Below are positions 24,628-35,248 of a stretch of 64,000 nucleotides of DNA, piece after piece. A program made the position numbers and the translations under genes. The stretch covers positions 688 through 64,687 of the IMG/VR virus record IMGVR_UViG_3300010352_000628; one strand, written 5' to 3'. Every line of letters begins with the position of its first letter. Position 1 is the stretch's first letter. This stretch comes from a virus. The notes beneath the pieces were generated by a model. That model did not search any database. It was not told the DNA's origin and saw only the letters and a program-made list of their open reading frames with translations.

Positions 24628-26193
24628 ATGGCATCTGTCGTCCAGCCCCCAAAAATCGAGTTCACGCCCGAGGTCCTGGCCTTCTACATGGACAAGTTGC
24701 GGGCGGCGAAGAACATTCCGCCGGATCAGATGGCCGAAATCATGGACCTGGTGGCCCGCGCGGAGATAGAGCAGAAGCAGGAGGAGTGCGGGAAGTGGTT
24801 CTTGCAGTTTGTGCGCCATACCTGGCGGGGGTTCATCCACGGCCACCACCACGAGATCATGGCAAATGCGTTCGAGCGGCTGGTGGACGGGGATTTGAAG
24901 CGGCTCATCATCTGTATGCCGCCACGCTGTTCAAAGTCTGAGTTTGGGTCCATCCACCTACCCGCTTGGTATTTGGGGAAATACCCTGACGGCAAGGTCA
25001 TTCAGGCGTCCAACACAGCGGAACTGGCGGTCGGGTTCGGGCGCAAGGTGCGCGATCTGTTTACAAAGCCTGAGTTCCAGCAGATATTTCCAGGAGTCAG
25101 CCTGAAGACCGACTCCAAGGCCGCTGGCAGATGGGCCACCAATCACGGCGGAGAATACTTTGCTGTCGGGGTTTCTGGCGCTGTGACCGGAAAGGGCGCG
25201 ACGCTGCTCATCATTGACGATGCGCACAGTGAACAGGAAGCCAAGCAGGGCAACCCGCAAGTCTTTGATACTGCATATGAATGGTACATGAGCGGCCCTC
25301 GCCAACGCCTCCAGCCGGGTGGCCGAATCGTCCACATCCAGACACGATGGTCCAAGAGAGATCTTGTCGGTCGCCTTATAGACGATCAGTACAACCGCGA
25401 GGGCGCGGACAAGTGGGAAGTCATTGAGTTTCCAGCCATTTTGCCTTCCGGCGAAGCAATGTGGCCGGAGTTCTGGAAACTGGAAGAACTCCTCCAGATC
25501 AAAGCATCGCTGCCCGTTCATGCGTGGATGGCGCAGTACCAGCAGGAGCCTACCTCCCAACAGGCCGCCATCGTGAAGAAGTCGTGGTGGCAGACGTGGG
25601 CCAGCCCCGAACCGCCCAAGCGGGAGGACTTTGAGTTCGTCATTCAGAGTTGGGACACGGCCTTCCTCAAGTCCCAGCGGGCCGACTACAGCGCCTGCAC
25701 CACTTGGGGCGTGTTCACACACCTCGCGGACGACGGCACACCACAGACGAAAATCCTGCTGCTTGATGCGTTTAGGGACAAGTTTGAGTTCCCGGACCTC
25801 AAAAAGAAGGCGCTGGAGGTCTACCGGTTCCACCGTCCCGATACGCTGATCGTGGAGGCGAAGGCGTCTGGAGCGCCGCTGCTTCAGGAGTTGCGCCGGG
25901 CGGGTGTGCCGGTGCGCGACTACACCCCCAGCCGCGGCGAGGACAAAATTGCCCGTCTGAACGCAGTCGCGGACCTGTTTTCGAGCGGGGTTGTGTACGC
26001 ACCGCCGTCCCGGTGGGCCGAGGAAGTCATCCAGGAGGTAGCCGACTTCCCCGCCGGCGACCACGACGACTACGTGGATTCGGTCACAGCGGCCCTGTTG
26101 CGCTTCCGTCAGGGCGGATTCATCCGTCTGGACAGCGACGAGGACGACGAGCGCAAAAACAAGAGGCTGCGGCGCAAAGCAGATTACTACTGA
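24628..26193 (+). CDS. terL: terminase large subunit
   Basis: RLIICMPPRCSKS, LLIIDD Walker B, QTRW, SWDTA, DYSA, VEAKASG, HDDYVDS. Confidence 0.95.
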   Translation: MASVVQPPKIEFTPEVLAFYMDKLRAAKNIPPDQMAEIMDLVARAEIEQKQEECGKWFLQFVRHTWRGFIHGHHHEIMANAFERLVDGDLKRLIICMPPRCSKSEFGSIHLPAWYLGKYPDGKVIQASNTAELAVGFGRKVRDLFTKPEFQQIFPGVSLKTDSKAAGRWATNHGGEYFAVGVSGAVTGKGATLLIIDDAHSEQEAKQGNPQVFDTAYEWYMSGPRQRLQPGGRIVHIQTRWSKRDLVGRLIDDQYNREGADKWEVIEFPAILPSGEAMWPEFWKLEELLQIKASLPVHAWMAQYQQEPTSQQAAIVKKSWWQTWASPEPPKREDFEFVIQSWDTAFLKSQRADYSACTTWGVFTHLADDGTPQTKILLLDAFRDKFEFPDLKKKALEVYRFHRPDTLIVEAKASGAPLLQELRRAGVPVRDYTPSRGEDKIARLNAVADLFSSGVVYAPPSRWAEEVIQEVADFPAGDHDDYVDSVTAALLRFRQGGFIRLDSDEDDERKNKRLRRKADYY

Positions 26194-26260
26194 CCTGACT
26201 TCGCTAATGATACTGATAATGTGATATCGTTTGGTTGATGGGTGACCAACCGGGTATCAC

Positions 26261-28702
26261 ATGATCGAACGGTCTCCGAACGGTTTCAGTGGCGTGGAGC
26301 CACCGCCTGCCAGCGATGAGATGCTCGAAGTGTTTGTGGAGGGTGACGAGCCGCAAATTGAGATCGACGACACCCTGCCCGAACCCAGACACCTCGACAA
26401 TCTGGCCGAGTTCCTGTCTGATACCGACCTTGCCTCCATCGCCAGCGACCTCATCGCCCAGTTGGACGCCGATCGGCAGTCCCGCGAAGTCTGGGAACGC
26501 ACCTATAAAGAGGGGCTGGACCTCGTTGGCCTGAAATTCGAGGATCGGGTCCGCCCATGGCCGGGGGCCTGCGGCGTGTTCCACCCCATGCTGGCCGAAG
26601 GCATCATCCGGTTCCAGGCGCAGTCCATCACGGAGATGTTCCCGGCGGCGGGACCGGCCAAATGCAAGATTCTTGGCAAGGCGGATGACGCCCGCCGTGC
26701 CCAAGCAGCCCGCGTCCAGGACGAGTTCAACTACTGGCTCACAGAAAAGATGCCGGAGTACCGGGACGAGACCGAGCAACTGCTGTTTGCGGTCCCCATG
26801 ACCGGTTCTGCGTTTCGCAAGGTCTACATTGACCCCATCCTGAAGCGCCCCACCGCCATTTTCGTGCCAGCCGAGGACTTCATCCTGCCCTACGGGTACT
26901 CCCGGCTGGAGACGTGCCCCCGCTACACCCACATCATCAGTAGAGACACTAATGATGTCAAGAAGTTGCAGCAGGCCGGCTTCTACAAGCGCATGGACTT
27001 GTCCGAATCGGTCCAATCTGGCGACGAGATCGACGAAAAGAAGGGCGAACTGACCGGACAGGCCCGTCCGGCGGACAGCGCCGCCAAGCCACCCCGAAAA
27101 CTCTTCGAGATGCACGTTAATCTGGACCTCCCGGCCCCGTTTGCGGACATCGCCGTCAATCAGGACACCGGCCAGATCGAAAACACGGGCATCGCGCTGC
27201 CTTACGTCGTCACGATCGACGAAGAGAGCAAGAAAATCCTTGCAGTCTACCGGAACTGGGAGGAGCAAGACCCGGACAAGCGGAAACGGCTCCATTTTGT
27301 CCACTACCGCTACGTGCCCGGCCTGGAAGCCTACGGATTCGGCCTGATTCATCTCATCGGCGGGGCCACAAAGGCGGCCACGTCCATCCTGCGGCAGTTG
27401 GTGGACGCCGGAACGCTGTCCAATCTGCCCGGCGGCTACAAATCAAAGGACTTGCGGATCAAGAACGACGACGATCCGCACCAGCCAGCCGAGTGGCGGG
27501 ACGTGGATACCGGTGGTGGCGCGTTGCGGGAGTCGTTTTTCCCGCTGCCCTACAAGGAACCGAGCGCGGTCCTGTTCCAGTTGATGACAACCATGGTGGC
27601 CGAAGCCCGCCGGTTTGCCTCAACCCAGGACATTCAGGTCGGCGAGGGCAACCAGGAAGCCCCGGTCGGTACGACAGTCGCCCTGCTCGAACGCGCAATG
27701 AAGGTCATGACAGCCATCCAGGCGCGGTTGCACGAGTCGCAGCGCCAGGAGTTCCGGCTGCTGATGCCGCTGATCCGCTACGCCAAAGAGGTGTACGAGT
27801 TCGAGCCGTCCGTGGGTGGGCGCGACTCGAAGGCTGCCGACTTCGACGATCGCGTGGACGTGATCCCGGTGTCGGACCCCAACGCCGCTTCGATGGCGAT
27901 GCGGGTCACGCAACTTCAGGCGGCATTGCAGTTGTCTGCCCAGAACCCAAGCATCTACGACATGCCGAAATTGCACCGGCAGATGCTTGAAGCGATCGGC
28001 GTGCAGGGCGCGGCTGAACTCGTGCCAGATAAGGGTGCCGGAAAGTTAGCCGACCCGCTGGCCGAGAACATCGCCATGCTCACCAGCAAGCCAACGAAGG
28101 TGTTCCCGCATCAGGACCACGACGCGCACATGGAAGTGCATCTGTCGCTGCTGAACGACCCCAAGACCATCCAGGTATTCAATCAAAGCGCCTTGGGCAA
28201 CCAGATGAAGGCGGGCATCGACGCGCACATCGCCGAGCATCTTGCGTTTGCGCACCGCGATAAGGTCGAGCGTCAGATCGGCACGCAGATTCCGCTGCCA
28301 GGCGAGCCGATGACGCCGGAAGTGGAACGCATGGTTTCGACATTGATGGCTGAGGGTAGCCGCAAGGCACTGGCCCAGTCGAAAGCCGCGGTCGAAGCGC
28401 AGCAGGCCCAGCAGGCGGCCAACGATCCGGTCGTTCAGATGCAGCAGGCCGAGTTGCAGATCAACGCGCAAAAGGCTCAGTCCGCCGCTGCCACTGCCGC
28501 AGGGAAACTGCAACTTGCCCGTAAGCAGCACGACGACAAGATGGCTCTGGAATCTGCCCGTCTCGCCCAGCAGGAGCGCATGGCGAACGAGGCGATCGAG
28601 TCGCGGGAAGACATCGCGGAAGCCGAACGGGTAGCCGACTTCGCGCTGGAAGCGATGAAGCCGCCGCCCTCGCCGCCCAACTTTGATGGAGGCCAGCAAT
28701 GA
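26261..28702 (+). CDS. portal protein
   Basis: follows terL; PWPGACGVFHP, LVDAGTLSNLPGG, EAPVGTT motifs of podovirus-type portals. Confidence 0.85.
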   Translation: MIERSPNGFSGVEPPPASDEMLEVFVEGDEPQIEIDDTLPEPRHLDNLAEFLSDTDLASIASDLIAQLDADRQSREVWERTYKEGLDLVGLKFEDRVRPWPGACGVFHPMLAEGIIRFQAQSITEMFPAAGPAKCKILGKADDARRAQAARVQDEFNYWLTEKMPEYRDETEQLLFAVPMTGSAFRKVYIDPILKRPTAIFVPAEDFILPYGYSRLETCPRYTHIISRDTNDVKKLQQAGFYKRMDLSESVQSGDEIDEKKGELTGQARPADSAAKPPRKLFEMHVNLDLPAPFADIAVNQDTGQIENTGIALPYVVTIDEESKKILAVYRNWEEQDPDKRKRLHFVHYRYVPGLEAYGFGLIHLIGGATKAATSILRQLVDAGTLSNLPGGYKSKDLRIKNDDDPHQPAEWRDVDTGGGALRESFFPLPYKEPSAVLFQLMTTMVAEARRFASTQDIQVGEGNQEAPVGTTVALLERAMKVMTAIQARLHESQRQEFRLLMPLIRYAKEVYEFEPSVGGRDSKAADFDDRVDVIPVSDPNAASMAMRVTQLQAALQLSAQNPSIYDMPKLHRQMLEAIGVQGAAELVPDKGAGKLADPLAENIAMLTSKPTKVFPHQDHDAHMEVHLSLLNDPKTIQVFNQSALGNQMKAGIDAHIAEHLAFAHRDKVERQIGTQIPLPGEPMTPEVERMVSTLMAEGSRKALAQSKAAVEAQQAQQAANDPVVQMQQAELQINAQKAQSAAATAAGKLQLARKQHDDKMALESARLAQQERMANEAIESREDIAEAERVADFALEAMKPPPSPPNFDGGQQ

Positions 28703-28914
28703 CCCCTGAAGCCGCGGCGCTGTACGAGTTCCTGAAGTACCTGGATACCGAGATCCAGCACAGATCCGGCGTCATCAGTCGCGGCAACGCGACTGACTAC
28801 GCGCATTACCGGGAGATGGTCGGCGCTATCGCCGCCTTTGAACGGGCAAAAACCGAGTTGAAGGAACTGCTCAAGAAGCAGCACTTCGACTTGCCTGAAG
28901 GAGAACCAGAGTAA
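28699..28914 (+). CDS. small conserved head-module protein
   Basis: GNATDYAHYREMVG.I; position after portal. Confidence 0.65.
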   Translation: MTPEAAALYEFLKYLDTEIQHRSGVISRGNATDYAHYREMVGAIAAFERAKTELKELLKKQHFDLPEGEPE

Positions 28915-29318
28915 TGAGCACTGCAATCTGGCCGGCCAGCGTGCCTATGCCAGCCGTCACCGAAACCATAGCCCTTTCGGCTGCGCCGGAGCCGAAGCAG
29001 CCCAAACCGACGGGATACAGGATCATTCTCCTGATCCCCAGGAAATCCGAAAAAGTCGGTTCGGTCTATCTGCCCGACCAGTCCCGCAAGACGGAAGAGG
29101 TCGCCTCGATCCTGGGCCAAGTCGTCGCGCTGGGACCGGACGCCTACAAAGACGCAAGCCGGTTCCCGACCGGCCCCTGGTGCGCCGTGGGCGACTTCGT
29201 GATGTTCCGCGCCTACAGCGGGACACGGTTCATTCGCGGTGACAATGAGTACCGCATCATCAACGACGACACGGTGGAAGCCGTGGTGTCTGATCCGAGC
29301 GAGGTGCAGCGGCCATGA
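28914..29318 (+). CDS. groES: GroES-like co-chaperonin
   Basis: PTGYRII...GSVYLP...GQVVALGPDAY...VGDFV...YSGT...YRIINDD. Confidence 0.85.
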   Translation: MSTAIWPASVPMPAVTETIALSAAPEPKQPKPTGYRIILLIPRKSEKVGSVYLPDQSRKTEEVASILGQVVALGPDAYKDASRFPTGPWCAVGDFVMFRAYSGTRFIRGDNEYRIINDDTVEAVVSDPSEVQRP

Positions 29319-30343
29319 CGACGCCCATGCCCGGAATCCCGCCGCCGGTTGACGAAGACCGCGACCTGTTCGTGGAACTGGACCAGGAAGCCGCTTCCAA
29401 GCCTGAAGTCAAGGCCGAGCCGGAACCTGAGCCGGAGCCAAAGGCCGACGCCGAAGTAGAAGTCGAGATCGTTGACGACACGCCTCCCGAAGACCGCCGC
29501 CCTCCGCGCCGCGAAACAGCCGAAGAGACGCCCCTCGAAGAGAAGGAAGCTCTCGGCAAGCGGGTCCAGCACCGCATCAGCAAGTTGAAGTTCGACGTTC
29601 ACGACATGCGCCGCCGCGCCGAGCAGGCCGAGCGGGAGCGCGATCAGGCAGCCGCCTGGGCCAAGAACGTCTACACGCAGAAACAGCAGTTGGAGCAGCA
29701 GGTAGCCGCCGGACAGAAAGTCTCCTACGACTCCACGCTGGGACGGTTGGACGCTGAGATCCTCAACACGCGGCAGAGTCTGAGGCAGGCGACCGAGTTG
29801 GGCGATGCCGACAAGATCGCCGAAGCCACCGAGAAGATGTCGATGCTCGCCGCCCAGCGGCAGAACATCGCCATGAATTTCCAGCCGCCGCCTCAACCTC
29901 AACAGCCAGCGGCACAGCAACTGGGCGAACTCCAGCCGCCTCCGCAAGTCGAACAGTATCAGGCGCAGATGGCGCAGAAGTTCCAGCGGCAGTTGCAGGA
30001 GTGGCAGGGACGCAACCCCTGGTTCGCTCAGGACAAGGAAATGACCGACTACGCTTTGGCGATGCACCACAAGGCGCTAACCGAAGACCTGATCCCCGGC
30101 TCGATCGGGTATCTCAAGTTCATCGACCAGCAAATGGTCGCAACCTTCCCCGAAAAACTGGGTCACGCCGCTCCGGCGAAACCCAAGCCTGCCCCGCAGA
30201 TCGTCGCACCCAGCGTCCGGTCGAATGGGGCTGGATCGAAAAAACTGGTTCTGCCCAAAAGCGCGGCAGAAACTGCAAAACGGCTGGGCGTGCCCCTCGC
30301 GGAGTATGCCCGGTACTACCAGGAGAACGAAGCCAATGGCTGA
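29315..30343 (+). CDS. capsid scaffolding protein (putative)
   Basis: acidic N-terminus, coiled coil, W...NPWF, AKRLGVPLAEYA C-terminus. Confidence 0.7.
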   Translation: MTTPMPGIPPPVDEDRDLFVELDQEAASKPEVKAEPEPEPEPKADAEVEVEIVDDTPPEDRRPPRRETAEETPLEEKEALGKRVQHRISKLKFDVHDMRRRAEQAERERDQAAAWAKNVYTQKQQLEQQVAAGQKVSYDSTLGRLDAEILNTRQSLRQATELGDADKIAEATEKMSMLAAQRQNIAMNFQPPPQPQQPAAQQLGELQPPPQVEQYQAQMAQKFQRQLQEWQGRNPWFAQDKEMTDYALAMHHKALTEDLIPGSIGYLKFIDQQMVATFPEKLGHAAPAKPKPAPQIVAPSVRSNGAGSKKLVLPKSAAETAKRLGVPLAEYARYYQENEANG

Positions 30344-30776
30344 CCGCACCTCAAGAGAGACAGTGACTCGCGCCGAAGCGGCGCGCCCCCGCAATTGGGA
30401 TGATGACAGTCCGCTCCCGGTCCCAACGCCGCAGCCCGGGTGGGCTTTCCGTTGGATCAGGGTCGGCTACCTGGGCAACACGGACGACGCCAACATGAAC
30501 AAGCGTTTCCGTGACGGGTGGGTGCCGTTGAAGGCATCCGAACACCCGGAACTTGCTCAGTTGGCAGACTCCCGCAAGAACACAGGGGACACCATCGAGA
30601 TCGGTGGGTTGATCCTCTGCAAGATGCCGGAAGCGGAAGTCAGAGCGCGGAACGAACATTTCGCCCGCAAGTCTGAACAGCAGGTTCAGTCGGTGAATGC
30701 CGCGCTGGCACAGGCACAGCATCCGGCCATGCCCATGACAGTCAACATGAGCAGCCGGATCGGCGGTCCAGAGTAG
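30336..30776 (+). CDS. conserved head-module protein
   Basis: FRWIR...D..N......GW.P...IGGLILCKMP. Confidence 0.7.
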   Translation: MADRTSRETVTRAEAARPRNWDDDSPLPVPTPQPGWAFRWIRVGYLGNTDDANMNKRFRDGWVPLKASEHPELAQLADSRKNTGDTIEIGGLILCKMPEAEVRARNEHFARKSEQQVQSVNAALAQAQHPAMPMTVNMSSRIGGPE

Positions 30777-30822
30777 CCCGATGACGGGCGGGCCGCTAGA
30801 CGACAACGAATGAGGTAAGCAG

Positions 30823-31407
30823 ATGCCGAACACAGCGGCCCCATACGGGCTTCTTCCTGTCGGGCAACTTTCGGGCCAGCCGTTTAACGGGGCCACCCGA
30901 AGGCTCTCCATGACGACCACTTCCACGGTCGGGATCTTCCAGGGCGACTTGGTGAGTTCCGCGCTTGGCGAACCGATCGCCGCAGTTGCGTCCCCGACCA
31001 CATCCATCGGTGTGAACACGCCGGTCGGCGTAATGGCTGGATGCAGCTACGTCGATTCCACCGGCAAACCCACCTGGTCGAACTTCCTTCCTGCCAGTGC
31101 GATCGCCAACGGAGCGACCGACGTTGAACTGTATATCTGGGACGACCCAGCCATGCTGTTCAAGGTGCAGGGCAGCGGTGCGGTGACCAAAGCGGCCATC
31201 GGCCTGAACGCGCCCCTCGGCAACTTCGGGGCGGGCAGCACGGTGACCGGGCGCAGCGCCATCAACCTGACCTATGGCTCCATCGCCACGACAGCCACTC
31301 TGGCCGTCCGCATCGTGGATGTCCTTGACCCCGCCACGTCCTACCCGGACGTGATCGTGAAATTCAACCCCGCAGTCCACGCTTACGGGATTGCTGAAGG
31401 CCGGTAG
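30823..31407 (+). CDS. putative capsid decoration/cement protein
   Basis: APYGLLPV...IFQGDLV...DDP..LFKVQ; directly upstream of the capsid gene. Confidence 0.6.
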   Translation: MPNTAAPYGLLPVGQLSGQPFNGATRRLSMTTTSTVGIFQGDLVSSALGEPIAAVASPTTSIGVNTPVGVMAGCSYVDSTGKPTWSNFLPASAIANGATDVELYIWDDPAMLFKVQGSGAVTKAAIGLNAPLGNFGAGSTVTGRSAINLTYGSIATTATLAVRIVDVLDPATSYPDVIVKFNPAVHAYGIAEGR

Positions 31408-31419
31408 GAGGGAACGACA

Positions 31420-32325
31420 ATGGCCATCTCAAGAGCACAACTCGCGAAAGAACTGGTTCCCGGCCTGAAGGCTCTCTTTGGGTTGGAGTACAAACAGTAC
31501 CCCGAACAGCACACGATGATCTACGAAGTCGAAACGTCCGAGAGGGCGTTTGAAGAGGAGTTGAAACTCTCCGGCTTTGGCCAGGCCCAAGTCAAGTACG
31601 AAGGCCAGGGCATCGTGTACGACCACGCGCAGGAAGGCTGGGTGGCCCGGTACACCCACCAGACCATCGCGCTAGGCTTCGTCATCACCGAGGAGGCGAT
31701 GGAGGACAACCTCTATGAGTCCGTCTCCAAGCGGTACACGAAGGCTCTGGCGCGGGCGATGGCCCAGACCAAGCAGATCAAGTCCGTTGTCCCGCTCAAC
31801 AGCGGGTTCGCGACGTTCAAGTCCGGCGATGCCGTGTACCTGTTCAGCGCGTCCCACCCGCTCAATGGCGGAGGCACGGTATCCAACCTGCTGTCCACTG
31901 CCGCCGATCTGAACGAGACCTCGCTTGAGGCCGCGACCATTCAGATCAGCAAGTGGACCGACGACCGCGGCCTGCTGATCGCAGCCAAGCCGAAGCGGTT
32001 GCTCATCCCCACCGACTTGCAATTCGTGGCATCCAGGTTGCTCGACAACGCGGATCGCCCCGGCACGGCGGATCGGGACATCAACGCGCTGGTCAAGACC
32101 AACGCCATTTCGGGCGGGTACGCGGTGAACAACTACCTGACCGACACGAATGGCTGGTTCCTGACCACCGACGTTCCGAACGGCATGAAGATGTTCGTTC
32201 GCCGGCCCTACAAGTTCGAGAAGGATTCGGACTTCGAGACGGGCAACCTGAAGTTCAAGGCGAGCGAGCGCTACTCGTTCGGCGTGAGCGATCCGTTGGG
32301 TGTCTTTGGGACGCCTGGCGCGTAG
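31420..32325 (+). CDS. major capsid protein
   Basis: MAISRAQLAKELVPGL..LFG.EY, SERAFEE, DFETGN.KFKA.ERYSFG.SD. Confidence 0.9.
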   Translation: MAISRAQLAKELVPGLKALFGLEYKQYPEQHTMIYEVETSERAFEEELKLSGFGQAQVKYEGQGIVYDHAQEGWVARYTHQTIALGFVITEEAMEDNLYESVSKRYTKALARAMAQTKQIKSVVPLNSGFATFKSGDAVYLFSASHPLNGGGTVSNLLSTAADLNETSLEAATIQISKWTDDRGLLIAAKPKRLLIPTDLQFVASRLLDNADRPGTADRDINALVKTNAISGGYAVNNYLTDTNGWFLTTDVPNGMKMFVRRPYKFEKDSDFETGNLKFKASERYSFGVSDPLGVFGTPGA

Positions 32326-32330
32326 GTTTA

Positions 32331-32354
32331 GGCGGGGGCCGCAAGGCCCCTGTC
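32331..32354 (+). terminator. GCAA-tetraloop hairpin after the capsid gene
   Basis: GGCGGGGGCC-GCAA-GGCCCCTGTC; no U-tract. Confidence 0.45.
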
Positions 32355-32435
32355 CGGTCCAGGAGATAGAGCCGCGCTGACCCGCCTGGGGGACGCTACG
32401 AAGACAGTGCGGCCCAACTCTCGTAGGAGAAACAA

Positions 32436-32864
32436 ATGGCACAGTCTACTTTCAAAGGCCCACTCAAGGTGGGCACCATCAAAGAGAACACCGGGGTCAA
32501 TCTCGGCCAAGTCGTTCTGTCGCAGTCCACCACCATCGCTCAGAACTCGACCGCCGTCGTGACCTCGACCATCGTGGTTCCGGCGAACTCGCGGTTGCTG
32601 GATCTCATGTGCGATGTCGGCACGGCGTTCAATAGCGCCACGTCCGCGGTCCTGTCGATCGGCAGCGCGGCGGCTGGCACGCAGTACGCGGGCAGCATCG
32701 ACGTGAAAACGGCCACGGGCCGCATCGCCCCGGCTTGCACGGGTGCGCAATTGCTGGCGATGGCGAACGTCGGCGCGAACACCACGATCCACGCGACGGT
32801 CACACCGACTGGCGCTACGACCGCCGGGTACGTCCGCGTCACGGTGACCTACGTTCAGGTTTAG
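32436..32864 (+). CDS. virion structural protein
   Basis: AGGAG RBS; STFKGP..G; beta-rich. Confidence 0.7.
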   Translation: MAQSTFKGPLKVGTIKENTGVNLGQVVLSQSTTIAQNSTAVVTSTIVVPANSRLLDLMCDVGTAFNSATSAVLSIGSAAAGTQYAGSIDVKTATGRIAPACTGAQLLAMANVGANTTIHATVTPTGATTAGYVRVTVTYVQV

Positions 32865-32917
32865 TCATGGTGGGGGAGGGGCAACTCCTCCCCACTCCTG
32901 AAGAAAGCGAGGCAATC

Positions 32918-33502
32918 ATGGCAAGGCCAATCGTAAGAACAGTTTCAGGCGTTGACAACACGACCGGAGCCATCCCGCTCAACGCGGTATACGATGCGCC
33001 CATCACGGTTACCAAAAGCGGTTCGGGTACAGTGAAACTTCAGGCAACACTGGAGAACATTTTCACTGAGTACGACCCGGCAGAGACGCTCACCATCAAC
33101 ATTGCCATCGACGCCGAAGGCACCCCGGATACGTTCTCCTGGGGCACCGGGTCCTCATTCACAAGCGGGGCCGAAGGTGTCGAGATCAGCACGACCAACG
33201 ATCTCGGCAATGGCGTCATCCTGACGTTCGCCGCGACAACCGGTCACACCGATACGGAAACGTGGTCCTTTACGGTGACTCCCACCGTCAAGTCGAGCAT
33301 CACATTCACCGGGACGGGCCTTAATGATCTCACAGCCGCTGGCCATACGGACGGCGGAGTGGCGTGGTTTGAGGTTGAGTCGGCCTCCGCATTTGCAACA
33401 GCCAACTGGATCGTCACACTTGGGGGGCCATATACCGCCATTCGCGCAGTCAGCACGGCGGCAGCGGAATCCGTAGTCACCGTTTTACAGGCGGGGGCGT
33501 GA
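32918..33502 (+). CDS. virion structural protein
   Basis: Thr/Gly-rich beta protein in the structural operon. Confidence 0.6.
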   Translation: MARPIVRTVSGVDNTTGAIPLNAVYDAPITVTKSGSGTVKLQATLENIFTEYDPAETLTINIAIDAEGTPDTFSWGTGSSFTSGAEGVEISTTNDLGNGVILTFAATTGHTDTETWSFTVTPTVKSSITFTGTGLNDLTAAGHTDGGVAWFEVESASAFATANWIVTLGGPYTAIRAVSTAAAESVVTVLQAGA

Positions 33503-33789
33503 TGGCCCCCATTGTCCCCATCGTCGAAGGCCCGGTGCTCACAGATAACCAGAAGCTTGCCATCCGGGCGGCGCAGGTCAAGGTGATGTACGCGAAAGTC
33601 CGGCAATTTGAGCACCGGCAGAGTTTGACAAACGCCGTCAACGAGGAGAACGAGTACCTCGCAGCCCTACGCGCCCTGCTTGTCGAGGCCATCCCCGAAG
33701 GATACGAGATCACCGACGATCTCGACCTCGTGTTGAAGCAGCAACCCGTGGAGATTCCCCACGCGCATACCCATCCGCATGAGGAGTAG
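33499..33789 (+). CDS. hypothetical protein
   Basis: coupled ORF. Confidence 0.55.
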   Translation: MMAPIVPIVEGPVLTDNQKLAIRAAQVKVMYAKVRQFEHRQSLTNAVNEENEYLAALRALLVEAIPEGYEITDDLDLVLKQQPVEIPHAHTHPHEE

Positions 33790-33791
33790 AG

Positions 33792-34454
33792 ATGTCTGCA
33801 TCGACGACGACCGCGTTCGACCTGAATGCTCGTGATCTCATCGAAGAAGCCTATGAGCGCGTGGGTGTTGAGATTCGCGGCGGGTATCAATTCGAGACAG
33901 CACGGCGTAGCCTGAACCTGCTCCTACTGGAGTGGGCGAACCGGGGTTTGAATCTGTGGACGGTCGAGTCGGTCGTGCTGCCTCTGGTGGCGGGAACTGA
34001 ATCCTATTCTCTTGGGTCGGCTACGGTGGACATCCTCGACGCGGCGCTGCGCAACGAAGGCACGGATCTGCCGCTGGCCAGGGCCTCATTCGATTCGTAC
34101 TCCAAGATCACATCGAAGACACAGCAGGGCCGCCCGACAACCTACTTCGTCAATCGCAAGTTGACGCCCTACGTTTACTTGTGGCCGGTGCCGGACTCCG
34201 CGTATTCGCTCTACTACTGGCGGATGCGCCGGATGTACGAGGCGGCTTCGGACACCGACAAGACGATGGACGTGCCGTTTCGGTTTCTGCCAGCGCTGGT
34301 GGCGGGCTTGGCCTACTACCTTGCAATCAAGACGCCCGACGCGATTCAGCGGATACCGCTTCTAAAGTCGTTCTACGAAGAGGAGTTCCACCGCGCAGAG
34401 CAGGAGGATCGGGACCGGAGTTCTCTGTTCATCCGGCCTGGGATTGCACGATGA
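33792..34454 (+). CDS. head-tail adaptor / tail tubular protein
   Basis: IEEAYER.G...ARRSLNLL..EWANRGLNLWT, GRP, WPVP, RFLPALVAGLAYYLA. Confidence 0.75.
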   Translation: MSASTTTAFDLNARDLIEEAYERVGVEIRGGYQFETARRSLNLLLLEWANRGLNLWTVESVVLPLVAGTESYSLGSATVDILDAALRNEGTDLPLARASFDSYSKITSKTQQGRPTTYFVNRKLTPYVYLWPVPDSAYSLYYWRMRRMYEAASDTDKTMDVPFRFLPALVAGLAYYLAIKTPDAIQRIPLLKSFYEEEFHRAEQEDRDRSSLFIRPGIAR

Positions 34455-34762
34455 GCCTATTCGTTTCAGGCAAGTACGCTGCTGGGATCTGCGACCGATG
34501 CGGATTACGGTATCGCTATCGTGACCTGAGCGAGCAACTGACGGACGGACGAAGGACGGGCTTGGTCGTCTGCCGCGCCTGTAACGACGTGGATAACGAG
34601 CAGGATTACGTGGGCCAGTATCTGACTGTGGATGCGGAAGCGTTGGAATGCGCCCGCCCGCCCAACGACCTGCGCAGCCGGACGTTTTGCGGGTTTAAGC
34701 CCGTTGTTGGACTGGAGATATGGAGCAAGGTGGGCAGGGTCACGATATCTGGAGGTGTGTAA
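34451..34762 (+). CDS. Zn-finger virion-module protein
   Basis: GKYA..ICDRCG...VC..C.D. Confidence 0.7.
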   Translation: MSLFVSGKYAAGICDRCGLRYRYRDLSEQLTDGRRTGLVVCRACNDVDNEQDYVGQYLTVDAEALECARPPNDLRSRTFCGFKPVVGLEIWSKVGRVTISGGV

Positions 34763-35247
34763 TGGCGAGATTTAGGCAACCTGTGAGGATGTTGGAGGGC
34801 GGGCCGACAGGCGCTCCGCAGTTCACCCCGACGTGGCAGCAGCCGCAACAACAGCAGATGACCGTGGCTCAGCCTGATTTTGCACTGCCTCAGCAGACCG
34901 TCCCGCAGGGTGCGGCCCCGGCTTACGGCGCGGCTCCCCTGCCCGCAGGGACACAGGGGCAGCCATTCGACCCACGCAGACTGCCGGGCGGCGACGGGTT
35001 CATGCCACGGCGCAAGTCATGGCGCGACTATGCCCCTGACCTCATCAGCAGCGCTCTCATCGGGACGATGGCGGGCCAGGGAGGGTCAGTCCTGGGCGGA
35101 GCCGCTGCTGCTGGCATCACAACGCTGGTAAAGGAACTTATGAAAAACAGGAAACCGAAGACCACCACGAAAGCCTGTGGCGGCATGGTGAAGAAGAACG
35201 CCACGGCCAAGACGGCCAAAGCAAAGGGCGGCAAAAAGAGGAGTTGA
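34762..35247 (+). CDS. hypothetical protein (possibly internal virion)
   Basis: Gln-rich; basic C-terminus with GGMVKK. Confidence 0.55.
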   Translation: MARFRQPVRMLEGGPTGAPQFTPTWQQPQQQQMTVAQPDFALPQQTVPQGAAPAYGAAPLPAGTQGQPFDPRRLPGGDGFMPRRKSWRDYAPDLISSALIGTMAGQGGSVLGGAAAAGITTLVKELMKNRKPKTTTKACGGMVKKNATAKTAKAKGGKKRS

Positions 35248-35248
35248 C

